A stretch of 64,000 bases of DNA from Escherichia coli (GCF_041248615.1 NZ_CP158426.1), one strand, 5' to 3'. Shown: positions 47,879 through 59,094, counted from the stretch's first letter. A program made the numbers and translations. The notes: a model not told the origin generated them from the letters alone.

Positions 47879-50011
47879 TCAATCTTTAAGACTAATTGTG
47901 ATTGCATCTGGAAATCCAATTTGGCTATAGCACATAGTTTCGGTTATGAATAATTTTCTATCGATAAAATCAAGTACATCTTTTTTCGTGAGCCCCGTTA
48001 ACATCGTCAATTTGTTAATTACATAATCATACCAATCATGGTGAAGCATGTTTATATACATGTTAATATCAACTGCATCTTTCTTCCATGAATTATTCGG
48101 TATCAAATCTTCAGATAAAAATCCTCTTATTAAATCGCTTGCATAGGACATCCTAAGAAAAACAGAAAGAAAAAGCCTTACATTAACATGTGTAAAATTT
48201 GTAGATAGCGTCGAAGGAAACTCGTAAAACCGGTAGATCAACCGACTTACAAAAACAGCAGAGTCTATCGCATTTACAGGCAGTAATGTTCCGATGACAC
48301 TTAATGCACCACTTATAACGAAGCCATTAGCAACAGAGGCATGAGAACCACTTAGGGCAGATGTTAAACATGCACTCAGAATTACGATAGGAGGAATTCT
48401 TGCTATTTTTCTCAAACTCCAAGTGTCCACTTTATCCTCACCTATTATTAACCATCCATGACTCCCATTGCCATCATGGTTTCCATGACAATCCATAACA
48501 AGAATATGACCTTGATATTGATTTAGAGCATCAATAAACTCAGCTTTCGATCTAACATCAATAATCTCGCAATCAAGATCTGGCATCTGTTTTTTAAATA
48601 TCTCAATTGCGTTCTCTAATATGAACTTTAAGTGATCATCAGGCTCAAAAGAACGTATAACTAAAACCTTTCTCAACTCAGATGCTTTTACTAAAACGCG
48701 CGGAAAAGCAGAGGCGCTCTGTAGAAGAACGTTACCAGGCGTAGCATTTATTCTTGATATCTCATGACTGAACATTATAGGTATGTTATTAAACCTAATC
48801 CAATCCAATGGTACATCACAAACAAAGGACAAATCGCTATAGTTTTTACTTATATATGTTCTCAACTTGCAACCAAGGGCTCTTCGAATAACAGTATTGA
48901 ATGCTTTAGATTTAGTGATGAATGCTTCACTATTTATCCCAGAAGAAGTTGCAAGATCTTCAAGATTTTTCAAATAATTGGAGTAATGATTTATTGCATT
49001 TGGCAATCTTATTGCTGGGATTTTTTTATTTATGCTAAATAAAGTAATCGCAGCTGTTGTTAATCGCATTTCAGCGCGTCTTAGTGAGGTGAGGTAACGG
49101 AAAGCAGGACTTTTAAAAAGTTCTTTTCTATCTGAATTTATATCAAGTCTAATTCCAGAATAGCCTGGATTCCTCAACACTCCATCAATAAGGAATTTTT
49201 TCTCAATTGTGGATAAATTTTCCGTTATTAACTCATAAAAGTCATTATTTTTATCATATAAAAAAGAGTGCATACCCGGAGCAAAAAGTAAGACTTCCGT
49301 TGGAAGTGGTATATCTAATTCCTTTAAACATTCGGTGTATGCATCAACGCTATGAAGTATTATTTCTATAAACTCTCTTTTGCTACTACCATCTTTAATT
49401 CTTTTTGGTGGAGATAGCATATAGCCAAGTGATTCAATTAACAACTCATTGGGTAGTGTTGAATTGTTAAGCGTCGATCTCCAAGGTGATTTATTAAATA
49501 AAGCCCCTCTTCGCTTCAACTTCGTTGATATTTTCTTTTCACTGTGATTTTTTCTTATTTTATCCTCAATGAATTTCAACCGAGAGAAGAGCACCTTATC
49601 AAATGAGTATATACTATTAATCTTATTAAGTGGTAGATCAGCGCGTTTAGAATTGCAACAAATTATAGGTGGTATAGCAAAATGTTTTTTTAAAGCACAA
49701 ACATACGAAAAATCTTCTTTAGCACAAAAAATTAAGCAAAATGGCGTTTGATAAATATTTGGTATTTTTTCAAGATTTTCTTTAGATATTAAAAAAATAG
49801 GATTTAGCCCGCTTAGAGTAGGCTGAAAGTTATCATTTTCACTGACAAAAATCTCACTAATTTCTTTTGGTGTTTTGGCCAATAAAAAAAGAATGTTGGA
49901 TATCTCTGGGTTGAGGAGGCCAGTATCGAAACCTTGGATTATGGTTTGTTCCCCAGTAGTAGGCATGATTACAACTTTAAGTATCGCCCCGTGTTCCTGT
50001 AACAGTTCCAT
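47879..50011 (-). CDS. CHAT-domain (caspase-like cysteine protease) protein with an uncharacterised N-terminal region
   Basis: C-terminal GHILVMDCHGNHDG ... PPIVILSACLTSALSGSHASVANGFVISGALSVIG has the His-Gly / Ser-Ala-Cys catalytic signature of CHAT peptidases; AGGA SD before MELLQ; strongly AT-rich. Confidence 0.6.
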   Translation of the reverse strand: MELLQEHGAILKVVIMPTTGEQTIIQGFDTGLLNPEISNILFLLAKTPKEISEIFVSENDNFQPTLSGLNPIFLISKENLEKIPNIYQTPFCLIFCAKEDFSYVCALKKHFAIPPIICCNSKRADLPLNKINSIYSFDKVLFSRLKFIEDKIRKNHSEKKISTKLKRRGALFNKSPWRSTLNNSTLPNELLIESLGYMLSPPKRIKDGSSKREFIEIILHSVDAYTECLKELDIPLPTEVLLFAPGMHSFLYDKNNDFYELITENLSTIEKKFLIDGVLRNPGYSGIRLDINSDRKELFKSPAFRYLTSLRRAEMRLTTAAITLFSINKKIPAIRLPNAINHYSNYLKNLEDLATSSGINSEAFITKSKAFNTVIRRALGCKLRTYISKNYSDLSFVCDVPLDWIRFNNIPIMFSHEISRINATPGNVLLQSASAFPRVLVKASELRKVLVIRSFEPDDHLKFILENAIEIFKKQMPDLDCEIIDVRSKAEFIDALNQYQGHILVMDCHGNHDGNGSHGWLIIGEDKVDTWSLRKIARIPPIVILSACLTSALSGSHASVANGFVISGALSVIGTLLPVNAIDSAVFVSRLIYRFYEFPSTLSTNFTHVNVRLFLSVFLRMSYASDLIRGFLSEDLIPNNSWKKDAVDINMYINMLHHDWYDYVINKLTMLTGLTKKDVLDFIDRKLFITETMCYSQIGFPDAITISLKD

Positions 50012-50144
50012 CAAAAATCCTAATAAACAAATAAGAATGTTATAATCAAAAACTGCAAGGATTAGCAAGCAATTCTTACAGTTTTAAGAAGGGGATTATA
50101 CCGCAATATGCATAATTGCGTTCTGCCTATGCAAAATGTCAGTT

Positions 50145-51362
50145 CTAGTCTGAACAAGTACAAGTAACTATCGATTCAACTCTCTCCCACCATGCCTGGT
50201 AAGCTTTACGCTGTTCATCTAAATAATCGCTCTTGTCATAAACCTGCCATACCCCTGGCAGTTTATGACCGAGCATTATTTCTGCAATATGAGGTGCAGT
50301 AAGATCAGAAAAGTTTGTTCGTGCTGTTCGTCTCAAATCATGAAGAGACCAATGAGGGAATTGATACCCCAAACGCCGCCATGCGTACTGCATTAAATTG
50401 TAAGGCAGCGACTGCAATGATGTCCGGCCAACGGGTTCCCTGCTTCCTTCCTTAGTAAAAAGCATATCGGAACCATTGTTCATAGAGATAACGTACTTTA
50501 TAAGCTCTTCAACCGGTTCAATAATGGGGCGCTTTAGCGGTTCGCCTGTTATATCCCCTGTCTTATGTCGTTCTGGCGGTACAGTCCATACCTTATTAAT
50601 GAAATCAAAATCATTCACCCTAGCGGTAATTAGCTCTGAACTACGGCAGCCAAAATGCAGCAATAGTTTAATGAAGGCCCGGTATTTAGGAACCATTCGA
50701 GAACCATCGATCGCAGCATAAAGGATTTTAATTTCATCATGTGTCAGAAACCGTTTCTTCTGACCTTTACGGATATCCATATCTTTACCCGTGATATCCG
50801 ACAGCGGGCGAGTTTCAATGAGCTTTCTCTTATACGCCCAGACATGGGCCTGCTTTGCGTTAATTAGCAATCGGTCTGCTATTGCTGGAGTCTTAGTGCT
50901 AAGAGGCTCCAGGACTTCTAACCAATCATGCAATGTAGCTGCATCGTGAGGGATATTCCCGATTTTAGAGAACAGGTGCAGCTCAAACGAGCGGAGTATC
51001 TGTTCAGAACCTTTTTTATTTTTTACACAATATGCTTCATACCAGGCACGGATCACAGACTCTACCGTCATGGCTTCAGTAGCTTTTCGTTTTTCAGCCT
51101 GCTTGACTAATCGTGGATTGCGGTTTGACTCGAGTTCACCACGGAGACGGATAACTTCTTCTCTGGCCTCTTTTAATCCAGTTGCCGGGTAAGTTCCGAT
51201 ATCAAGGCGCTCACCTTTCCCTGCCCATTGATAACGATATTGGAACACTACGCGACCTTTCGGTGATACTCTGACAGACAGACCATCACGATCGGATTTA
51301 ACCAAAACCTTATCACGTTCCTTTCCAACGACTGAACGCAACCACGCATCAGACAGCGCCAT
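50145..51362 (-). CDS. tyrosine recombinase / phage integrase (P4-type)
   Basis: 405 aa; N-terminal DGLSVRVSPKGRVVFQYRY; C-terminal HDLRRTART ... LGH ... Y catalytic pattern. Confidence 0.85.
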   Translation of the reverse strand: MALSDAWLRSVVGKERDKVLVKSDRDGLSVRVSPKGRVVFQYRYQWAGKGERLDIGTYPATGLKEAREEVIRLRGELESNRNPRLVKQAEKRKATEAMTVESVIRAWYEAYCVKNKKGSEQILRSFELHLFSKIGNIPHDAATLHDWLEVLEPLSTKTPAIADRLLINAKQAHVWAYKRKLIETRPLSDITGKDMDIRKGQKKRFLTHDEIKILYAAIDGSRMVPKYRAFIKLLLHFGCRSSELITARVNDFDFINKVWTVPPERHKTGDITGEPLKRPIIEPVEELIKYVISMNNGSDMLFTKEGSREPVGRTSLQSLPYNLMQYAWRRLGYQFPHWSLHDLRRTARTNFSDLTAPHIAEIMLGHKLPGVWQVYDKSDYLDEQRKAYQAWWERVESIVTCTCSD

Positions 51363-51591
51363 TACTCACCTTGTACAAATAAAAAAACACCTCTGCTGTT
51401 TTGTACATTATGTACAAGCACATGTACAGATTTTTGATGAAAGCAACCTGATCGATTTAAAGTTACATGAAAGAATTTTCAATTAAAGAAACCACATAAC
51501 ATCATGTTATTAAATGAGTTATATGATTAGCACTCAATTAACTGAAAGGACTTTGAAAGAGTAAAAGAGCTTTAATTTGGGCTTAATTATT

Positions 51592-51657
51592 GGGGTGAGA
51601 AATAATGGCAAAAGTGCGGCGCTTCGCCACCTCTTGCAAATAAGGAGACAACGTCAT
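51592..51657 (-). pseudogene. prfC: prfC (peptide chain release factor 3) first 22 codons, cut off by the prophage
   Basis: Minus strand encodes [22 protein letters not shown], then diverges into AT-rich prophage DNA just before the expected P-loop DAGKT. Confidence 0.7.
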
Positions 51658-51747
51658 AATTCTTTCTTCTTGAGTAAGCGGCATCGCGCCGCGCTTGTTG
51701 AAAACGAAAAATTGCGGCTATTTTACCCATCAACGGGGGGGAGGCAA

Positions 51748-52425
51748 TCAGTGTTTACACAGGAGCTGCTCCAGTTCGTGCAACGAAGAAACGGTCCAGG
51801 TAGGCGCGATGCCTTCTGGTTGCTCGCGATTGTGCGCATTCAGCCAGCAGGTCGCAAGCCCGGCGTTGATGCCACCGAGAATATCGGACTCGGCAGTGTC
51901 GCCAACCATCAGCACGCGTGAACGGTCAGGATTGCCCGCCTGTTCCAGCGCATAATCGAAAATTTTCTTATTCGGTTTGGCTACGCCAACTTCTTCGGAA
52001 ATCACCAACAAATCGAAATAATCACGCAGGCCCGTGCGTTCCAGACGCACTTGCTGCAAGGCGCTAAAGCCGTTGGTGATGATGCCGATTTTGGCGTTGC
52101 CACGAATGGCGTTAAGCAGAGAAACCGCGCCCGGCAGCGGCGTACAGATTTCCGCCATCGCATTAATAAAGGCTTCGTTGAGTTTACCCGGCTCGACGTT
52201 CAGTCGTTCGGCCCAGCTCTCAAACCGCCCGTGCTGAAGCTGTAATGAAGTGATCGCGCCGTTTTGATAATCCACCCACAGTGGCTTGTTAACGGCCTGA
52301 TAGTCCTGAAAATCTTCAGCGGTAAAGGTGACGCTGTAATCAAGAAACATCCGCTGCAGGCCGGTGAATGAGTCAAAGGTAAACAGCGTTTCATCGGCAT
52401 CAAAGAAAATCCAGTCCCACTTCAT
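51748..52425 (-). CDS. yjjG: pyrimidine 5-prime-nucleotidase YjjG (HAD family)
   Basis: 225 aa, matches E. coli YjjG. Confidence 0.9.
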   Translation of the reverse strand: MKWDWIFFDADETLFTFDSFTGLQRMFLDYSVTFTAEDFQDYQAVNKPLWVDYQNGAITSLQLQHGRFESWAERLNVEPGKLNEAFINAMAEICTPLPGAVSLLNAIRGNAKIGIITNGFSALQQVRLERTGLRDYFDLLVISEEVGVAKPNKKIFDYALEQAGNPDRSRVLMVGDTAESDILGGINAGLATCWLNAHNREQPEGIAPTWTVSSLHELEQLLCKH

Positions 52426-52439
52426 TATTCCACCTTGTC

Positions 52440-52886
52440 TTACATACTGATTGGCAACGCCATGATGATGGCGTCTTCGCGACCGTCCGTGGTGGGGTAG
52501 TAATTGCGGCGAATCGTCGCCTCGTTAAAGCCTAAACTTTCGTACAGTGCAATGGCGGCAGCGTTTGAGGCACGGACTTCCAGCCATAGCGTCGCCACGC
52601 CGCGTTTTTCCAGTTCGTCGATCAGATGTTCCAGCAGCGCCCTTCCCAATCCCTGACGCTGATAGTCAGGATCGACCGCAATATTGAACAATGTAGCTTC
52701 ATCCAGCACCACTTGCGTAATCGCAAACGCCGCCATTTTGCCGTTTTGCGTTAACTGAAAGTTGAGATAACGCTCGCCCTGGTTGCTGGCAAAGGTTTTT
52801 TCACTCCACGGAAAGGCGTGGGCGCGTTGTTCAATGTGGTAAGCCGCTGGTAAATCAGTCGTTTCGAGGGAAGAAATCGTGTTCAT
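52440..52886 (-). CDS. rimI: ribosomal protein S18 alanine N-acetyltransferase
   Basis: 148 aa, matches E. coli RimI. Confidence 0.9.
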   Translation of the reverse strand: MNTISSLETTDLPAAYHIEQRAHAFPWSEKTFASNQGERYLNFQLTQNGKMAAFAITQVVLDEATLFNIAVDPDYQRQGLGRALLEHLIDELEKRGVATLWLEVRASNAAAIALYESLGFNEATIRRNYYPTTDGREDAIIMALPISM

Positions 52887-53268
52887 ATGTGCAAATTTGT
52901 TGCCATAACGCGGCGCGTGCCGTTGGGTTTGCCCGTAATTCGGTGAGCGCCGGTGATGCCACCTGAGCGCCTTCCAGTGATAGCGGTTCGTCAGTACCCA
53001 ACCGCCAGCTGTTGCAGCGACTGCCTTGCGGCAGCATCGCGATTTTTTCTGGCGTCAGTTGCAGCACTTGATCGGGGCTGACGGTTAATGCGCGCAGAAC
53101 ATCGCTCACCAGAGGATCGGTCAGGGCGGGAAGATCGTTTGCCACCATCACCAGACGGACGTGTGCCGGGATCGCAATCGCAATCTCCCCCTGCAACGCG
53201 CCAGGGCGACGCAGCGACCACTGGGTAATGCCCAGTTGCTGTAACTGCCAGTCTCGTCGGGATGTCAT
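52855..53268 (-). CDS. holD: DNA polymerase III psi subunit
   Basis: 137 aa, matches E. coli HolD. Confidence 0.9.
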   Translation of the reverse strand: MTSRRDWQLQQLGITQWSLRRPGALQGEIAIAIPAHVRLVMVANDLPALTDPLVSDVLRALTVSPDQVLQLTPEKIAMLPQGSRCNSWRLGTDEPLSLEGAQVASPALTELRANPTARAALWQQICTYEHDFFPRND

Positions 53269-53370
53269 AGCGAATCGCTCCTGTTGTCAGGGGCGCAAAT
53301 ATAGCAAATTCGTCGATACCGCGCCAACATATGGCTATAATCGCCGCCAGTATCAATTGAGGAGCATTCC

Positions 53371-54402
53371 ATGTCTGCATTTACCCCGGCAAGTGAAGTC
53401 TTGCTGCGTCACAGTGATGATTTCGAACAAAGCCGTATTCTTTTTGCCGGAGACTTACAGGATGACCTGCCCGCGCGTTTAGATACCGCGGCCAGCCGTG
53501 CTCATACCCAGCAATTCCACCATTGGCAGGTGTTAAGCCGCCAGATGGGGGATAACGCCCGTTTCAGTCTGGTCGCCACGGCGGATGATGTCGCAGATTG
53601 CAATACGCTGATTTACTACTGGCCGAAGAACAAACCGGAAGCCCAGTTCCAGTTGATGAATTTACTTTCTCTACTGCCGGTGGGCACGGATATTTTTGTC
53701 GTTGGCGAGAACCGCAGCGGCGTGCGCAGCGCCGAACAGATGCTGGCAGATTATGCGCCGTTGAATAAAGTCGACAGCGCCCGTCGCTGTGGCCTCTATT
53801 TTGGTCGTCTGGAAAAACAGCCGGAATTTGATGCCGATAAATTCTGGGGCGAATACAGCGTCGATGGCCTGACAGTCAAAACGCTGCCTGGCGTGTTTAG
53901 CCGCGACGGTCTGGATGTCGGTAGCCAGTTACTGCTCTCGACGTTAACTCCGCACACGAAAGGTAAAGTACTGGATGTCGGCTGTGGCGCGGGCGTGCTT
54001 TCTGTTGCCTTTGCGCGCCATTCACCGAAAATTCGTCTCACTCTGTGCGATGTCTCTGCGCCAGCGGTAGAAGCCAGCCGCGCAACACTTGCGGCCAACG
54101 GTGTTGAAGGTGAAGTCTTTGCCAGTAACGTCTTTTCCGAGGTGAAAGGTCGTTTTGATATGATCATCTCCAACCCGCCGTTCCACGATGGGATGCAAAC
54201 CAGCCTCGATGCGGCGCAAACGCTGATTCGCGGCGCGGTGCGTCATCTTAATAGCGGCGGCGAGCTGCGAATTGTAGCGAACGCCTTCCTGCCTTACCCG
54301 GACGTGCTGGATGAGACATTTGGCTTCCACGAAGTGATCGCGCAAACCGGGCGCTTCAAGGTGTATCGCGCCATTATGACCCGCCAGGCGAAGAAAGGTT
54401 AA
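53371..54402 (+). CDS. rsmC: 16S rRNA (guanine1207-N2)-methyltransferase
   Basis: 343 aa, matches E. coli RsmC. Confidence 0.9.
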   Translation: MSAFTPASEVLLRHSDDFEQSRILFAGDLQDDLPARLDTAASRAHTQQFHHWQVLSRQMGDNARFSLVATADDVADCNTLIYYWPKNKPEAQFQLMNLLSLLPVGTDIFVVGENRSGVRSAEQMLADYAPLNKVDSARRCGLYFGRLEKQPEFDADKFWGEYSVDGLTVKTLPGVFSRDGLDVGSQLLLSTLTPHTKGKVLDVGCGAGVLSVAFARHSPKIRLTLCDVSAPAVEASRATLAANGVEGEVFASNVFSEVKGRFDMIISNPPFHDGMQTSLDAAQTLIRGAVRHLNSGGELRIVANAFLPYPDVLDETFGFHEVIAQTGRFKVYRAIMTRQAKKG

Positions 54403-54404
54403 GT

Positions 54405-54662
<258 letters not shown>

Positions 54663-54711
54663 TCCTGATGGCCATTTTTCCAGCAATTACACCTCCGGCG
54701 ATAATTAACTA

Positions 54712-54739
54712 TTGACGAAAAGCTGAAAACCACTAGAAT
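54712..54739 (+). promoter_or_regulatory. putative promoter of the tRNA-Leu operon
   Basis: TTGACG, 16-bp spacer, TAGAAT, then GC-rich discriminator GCGCCTCC, about 40 bp upstream of the first tRNA. Confidence 0.55.
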
Positions 54740-54780
54740 GCGCCTCCGTGGTAGCAATTCTTTTTAAGAATTGATGGTAT

Positions 54781-54867
54781 GCGAAGGTGGCGGAATTGGT
54801 AGACGCGCTAGCTTCAGGTGTTAGTGTCCTTACGGACGTGGGGGTTCAAGTCCCCCCCCTCGCACCA
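54781..54867 (+). tRNA. leuQ: tRNA-Leu (CAG)
   Basis: 87-nt sequence GCGAAGGTGGCGGAATTGGTAGACGCGCTAGCTTCAGGTG...CTCGCACCA with anticodon loop CTTCAGGT and long variable arm. Confidence 0.9.
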
Positions 54868-54895
54868 AAAACCACGTTGATATTGCTCGCACTGG

Positions 54896-54982
54896 GCGAA
54901 GGTGGCGGAATTGGTAGACGCGCTAGCTTCAGGTGTTAGTGTCCTTACGGACGTGGGGGTTCAAGTCCCCCCCCTCGCACCA
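54896..54982 (+). tRNA. leuP: tRNA-Leu (CAG)
   Basis: Identical second copy. Confidence 0.9.
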
Positions 54983-55016
54983 AACGAGGCGATATCAAAA
55001 AAAGTAAGATGACTGT

Positions 55017-55103
55017 GCGAAGGTGGCGGAATTGGTAGACGCGCTAGCTTCAGGTGTTAGTGTCCTTACGGACGTGGGGGTTCAAGTCCCCCCCCTCGCA
55101 CCA
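55017..55103 (+). tRNA. leuV: tRNA-Leu (CAG)
   Basis: Identical third copy. Confidence 0.9.
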
Positions 55104-55141
55104 ATTATCTTTACTTCCTTTCTTGTTTCTTCCCTGATTTT

Positions 55142-55378
55142 TCATCCCTGATTCAAATTCATTATCATCAGCATGATGCCAGCAATAAGCGCCAGGCACG
55201 ATGGCAGCAAAACGTAATGCCGCAACTGTTTGTGATACAGCATCACCGGCGTCAATATTAATCCCATCAGAATGACAATCCGCCACTGATCCGGCGATAA
55301 ATCCGCATACATCAGCCCTGCAATCAGCAATCCCGGCAGCAACACTCCCCAGCCACTGCCCAGCGTACGTTGCAACAT
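55142..55378 (-). CDS. yjjZ: small membrane protein YjjZ
   Basis: 78 aa from MLQRTLGSGWGVLLPGLLIAG; Fur-box-like sequence upstream. Confidence 0.7.
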   Translation of the reverse strand: MLQRTLGSGWGVLLPGLLIAGLMYADLSPDQWRIVILMGLILTPVMLYHKQLRHYVLLPSCLALIAGIMLMIMNLNQG

Positions 55379-55390
55379 GGTTTCATCTCT

Positions 55391-55500
55391 TTCATTGATA
55401 ATGATAACTAATATCATATGATAATTTTTATCATTTGCAAGCCAGAGAAATCCCTTGCTATCGGGTAAACCTATCGCTAGGATTAGCAATCATTATCATT
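55391..55500. promoter_or_regulatory. Fur-box-like sequences in the divergent yjjZ/fhuF control region
   Basis: TGATAATGATAACTAATATC (about 55396-55415) and GATTAGCAATCATTATCATT (55481-55500) resemble the Fur consensus GATAATGATAATCATTATC. Confidence 0.5.
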
Positions 55501-55518
55501 TAGATTACTATCCCGATT

Positions 55519-56307
55519 ATGGCCTATCGTTCCGCACCGCTCTATGAAGATGTTATCTGGCGAACGCATCTCCAGCCGCAGGATGCTGGGCTTGCACAAG
55601 CCATACGGGCGACGATCGCCGAACATCGTGAACATTTGCTCGAGTTTATCCGCCTGGATGAACCCGCTCCGCTTAACGCCATGACGCTGGCGCAATGGTC
55701 ATCAACGAATGCGCTAAGTTCTCTACTGGCGGTCTATTCCGATCATATCTATCGCAACCAACCAACGATGATCCGCGAGAACAAACCGCTGATCTCACTA
55801 TGGGCGCAATGGTATATCGGCCTGATGGTGCCACCATTAATGTTGGCGCTGCTGACGCAGGAAAAAGCATTAGATGTGTCGCCGGAACATTTCCACGTTG
55901 AGTTTCACGAAACCGGACGCGCCGCCTGTTTCTGGGTCGATGTGTGTGAAGATAAAAACGCAACACTACATTCGCCGCAGCAGCGAATGGAAACGTTAAT
56001 CAGTCAGGCGCTGGTTCCGGTAGTGCAGGCATTAGAAGCAACGGGAGAGATCAACGGCAAACTTATCTGGAGCAATACCGGTTATTTGATCAACTGGTAT
56101 CTGACTGAGATGAAACAGCTGCTTGGCGAGGCGACGGTTGAATCGCTGCGCCATGCCCTCTTTTTTGAGAAAATGCTCACGAACGGTGAAGATAATCCAC
56201 TCTGGCGTACCGTGGTACTGCGCGACGGCCTGCTGGTGCGCCGCACTTGCTGCCAGCGTTATCGCTTACCGGATGTGCAGCAATGTGGCGATTGTATGCT
56301 GAAATGA
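55519..56307 (+). CDS. fhuF: ferric-siderophore reductase FhuF (2Fe-2S)
   Basis: 262 aa with C-terminal CCQRYRLPDVQQCGDC cluster motif. Confidence 0.9.
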   Translation: MAYRSAPLYEDVIWRTHLQPQDAGLAQAIRATIAEHREHLLEFIRLDEPAPLNAMTLAQWSSTNALSSLLAVYSDHIYRNQPTMIRENKPLISLWAQWYIGLMVPPLMLALLTQEKALDVSPEHFHVEFHETGRAACFWVDVCEDKNATLHSPQQRMETLISQALVPVVQALEATGEINGKLIWSNTGYLINWYLTEMKQLLGEATVESLRHALFFEKMLTNGEDNPLWRTVVLRDGLLVRRTCCQRYRLPDVQQCGDCMLK

Positions 56308-56344
56308 AAGCACTGCCGGGGAAGTAAACCCGGCATCATGCGGA

Positions 56345-57022
56345 TTAATAGGGATGCAACACATTACTTGCTTCGCAATGCCGCATACATAACAGAATAT
56401 CTGCGGCCTCCAACAACCCTGCATCAGAACTTACGCCCAGTTTCGACATCACATTAAATTTATGTGCACGGATCGTTTTGATATTGCGTTTAAGCTGCTC
56501 GGCAATTTGTGTCATTGAGTAGCCACGCGACATAAAGCGCAATATTTCTCTCTCCGTCGGGCTTAGCGTTCGGCTTTGATTAATGTACCACTGATTGTTC
56601 AGTCGGTCGGTCGCCTGACGTACACCATTTAATGACAAAAAGAGTTCCTGATGAAAAATCTCCAGCGTTGACGCTTTACTTAATACACCGTCCAGCGGTG
56701 ATGGCGACAATGAGCCGATCAGCCGAGCTTCAATATCATCATCCGCAATAACTAAACGCCGGGTACGCGGAAACTTAATCGCCAGTTCAGTCAGGCAAGA
56801 TAATCCCTCTCTACGCTCACCTCTCATGGCAGAAAAAGAAAAAATGACCGCCGCAAACGAGATCCGCGACATGGCATCCTGAAATGACTCCTGACTGGTA
56901 TAGGTATGGAGCTTATAAGGGTTACCCGCAAACTTTCTGAATAAACTCTCAATACCGATACTACTCATGACGCATTTTTCTATGAGTGCGACATTTCTCT
57001 TCTTAATTCGGCTGTGTTCCAT
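56345..57022 (-). CDS. bglJ: LuxR-family transcriptional activator BglJ
   Basis: 225 aa with C-terminal LuxR-type HTH; matches E. coli BglJ. Confidence 0.85.
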
Positions 57023-57705
57023 TCTGCGGCATCTCCATAAACAGAAGGCAAGTTAAGTTCTCTTGCACCCTGTGCGCTATTTATCCATGCATACATTTCA
57101 GCGTTGCTGTGAATTGCCAGTCGACGCATCGCACTGTTTTTTTGGGCGCTGATAGTTTTATTACTTTTCTTAAGCAATGAAGCTATCTGGTTGATGCCCC
57201 ATCCTTTACCTAATAGCCGCAGTACCTTGCGCTCTGAAAGAGTGAGAATGACGGAGCGATAGCTAAAATCATGAGTTTCAGTCATTGCCGGAGAGGTCAG
57301 CATGGCGCTGATACGCTCTGCGTGCGTATTGCCGGAACGTACGGTCTTGACCAGATTCTCAATGGGTTCAACATCAGACAATAACGTCGCCGTAGGGCAC
57401 ATAAGCAGTTCTACTGCCTGGGAATACCAGGAGCGTGACACCATGAAAACCCAGTGAATTTCCCGATATTGTGAGATTAAAGAATAATAATGTTCACAAA
57501 CAGAACGTGGATCTTCACTTTCACCGGCTAAATCAGCAATGACTAATCCGGAACGACGTAATTGTAATAAGGTAAGGTCCTCCGCAGAGGCGCTGGATAT
57601 TATTTCATATTCAGGGAAGTGAGTCCTCATGACCTCTTTTAACCCTGCTTGCATAACAGGTATTTTACTGATAACAATTCCATTTTTGCAGCATCCTGGC
57701 AACAT
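56980..57705 (-). CDS. yjjQ: LuxR-family transcriptional regulator YjjQ
   Basis: 241 aa; overlaps bglJ as in the yjjQ-bglJ operon. Confidence 0.85.
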
Positions 57706-58323
57706 ATTTCCTCCACATCCACTGTCTAAAAATTATGATGGTTTATTCAGGATATTCATTCCTTAAATGTTTCCAGCAAATTAATAGATTAAGCGAATAA
57801 ATTATCCTTAGCATTCACTTTCATATCAGCATACTCCTGCTGCACAACAACTCCACTGCATGTGTCAGAAGGTTAGCATCAAATGATAACCTGGTGAAAT
57901 AGCCTGGAGACATTTAAAATATCTACATTAAGTTGTTAGAAATACTTAATGAAAAACAGAATTCTCATTCATTTAATTTATAATTAACTGATATCCCTTC
58001 CAGTAGAATGCAAAATCACACAATCAATATTTATTCAATAAAATCTGATAGTTTTAACTTGTAAAAATTAAAAAACGCGCCCAGTTATCTTTTATCCTGA
58101 TTCGTAAAGGCTAAACAATAAATTCATTATAGTGATAATATTCATGTGATAATTTATTTGCGACGAGAGATAATTCGCTTTTTATCACCGAGCTTCTCCC
58201 GATAACCAGGATTAATCAGCGCAATTTTGATCTTAACCTACCGCAAAACAACCGTGCTTCATGATACAAATGGATTCTCATTATCTGAACAATACGCAGC
58301 ACGTCTATGACAAAGGGCGAGTT

Positions 58324-59094
58324 ATGCAAACTGAGCAACAGCGAGCCGTAACACGGCTTTGTATCCAGTGTGGATTATTTCTTTTGCAACATGGTGCGGA
58401 AAGCGCGTTGGTTGATGAGCTTTCCTCACGACTGGGTCGGGCGCTGGGAATGGACAGCGTCGAAAGTTCTATCTCTTCGAACGCCATAGTGCTGACAACT
58501 ATTAAAGATGGGCAATGCCTGACATCGACACGAAAAAATCAAGATCGCGGCATTAATATGCATGTGGTGACTGAAGTCCAGCACATTGTGATTCTGGCGG
58601 AGCATCATCTGCTGGATTACAAAGGTGTAGAGAAACGATTTAGCCAAATTCAGCCATTACGTTACCCGAGATGGCTGGTAGCCTTAATGGTCGGCCTTTC
58701 TTGCGCCTGTTTCTGTAAACTCAATAAAGGTGGCTGGGATGGTGCCGTCATCACCTTCTTTGCCAGTACGGTCGCGATGTATATCCGCCAGCTGCTGGCA
58801 CAACGTCATCTTCATCCACAGATCAACTTTTGCCTCACCGCTTTCGCCGCCACCACCATTTCCGGTTTGCTTTTGCAACTTCCCACTTTCAGCAATACAC
58901 CCACTATCGCGATGGCCGCCAGCGTTCTGCTGCTGGTGCCGGGTTTTCCGTTGATTAATGCCGTCGCCGATATGTTTAAAGGCCACATCAATACCGGACT
59001 GGCACGCTGGGCGATCGCCAGTCTGCTGACACTGGCTACCTGCGTCGGCGTAGTAATGGCACTGACGATTTGGGGGCTACGCGGATGGGTGTGA
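58324..59094 (+). CDS. yjjP: inner membrane protein YjjP (ThrE-like exporter family)
   Basis: 256 aa from MQTEQQRAV; matches E. coli YjjP. Confidence 0.85.

Noticed and set aside
51577-51921. 114-aa plus-strand ORF
   Set aside because: Antisense to the prfC fragment and yjjG; no support
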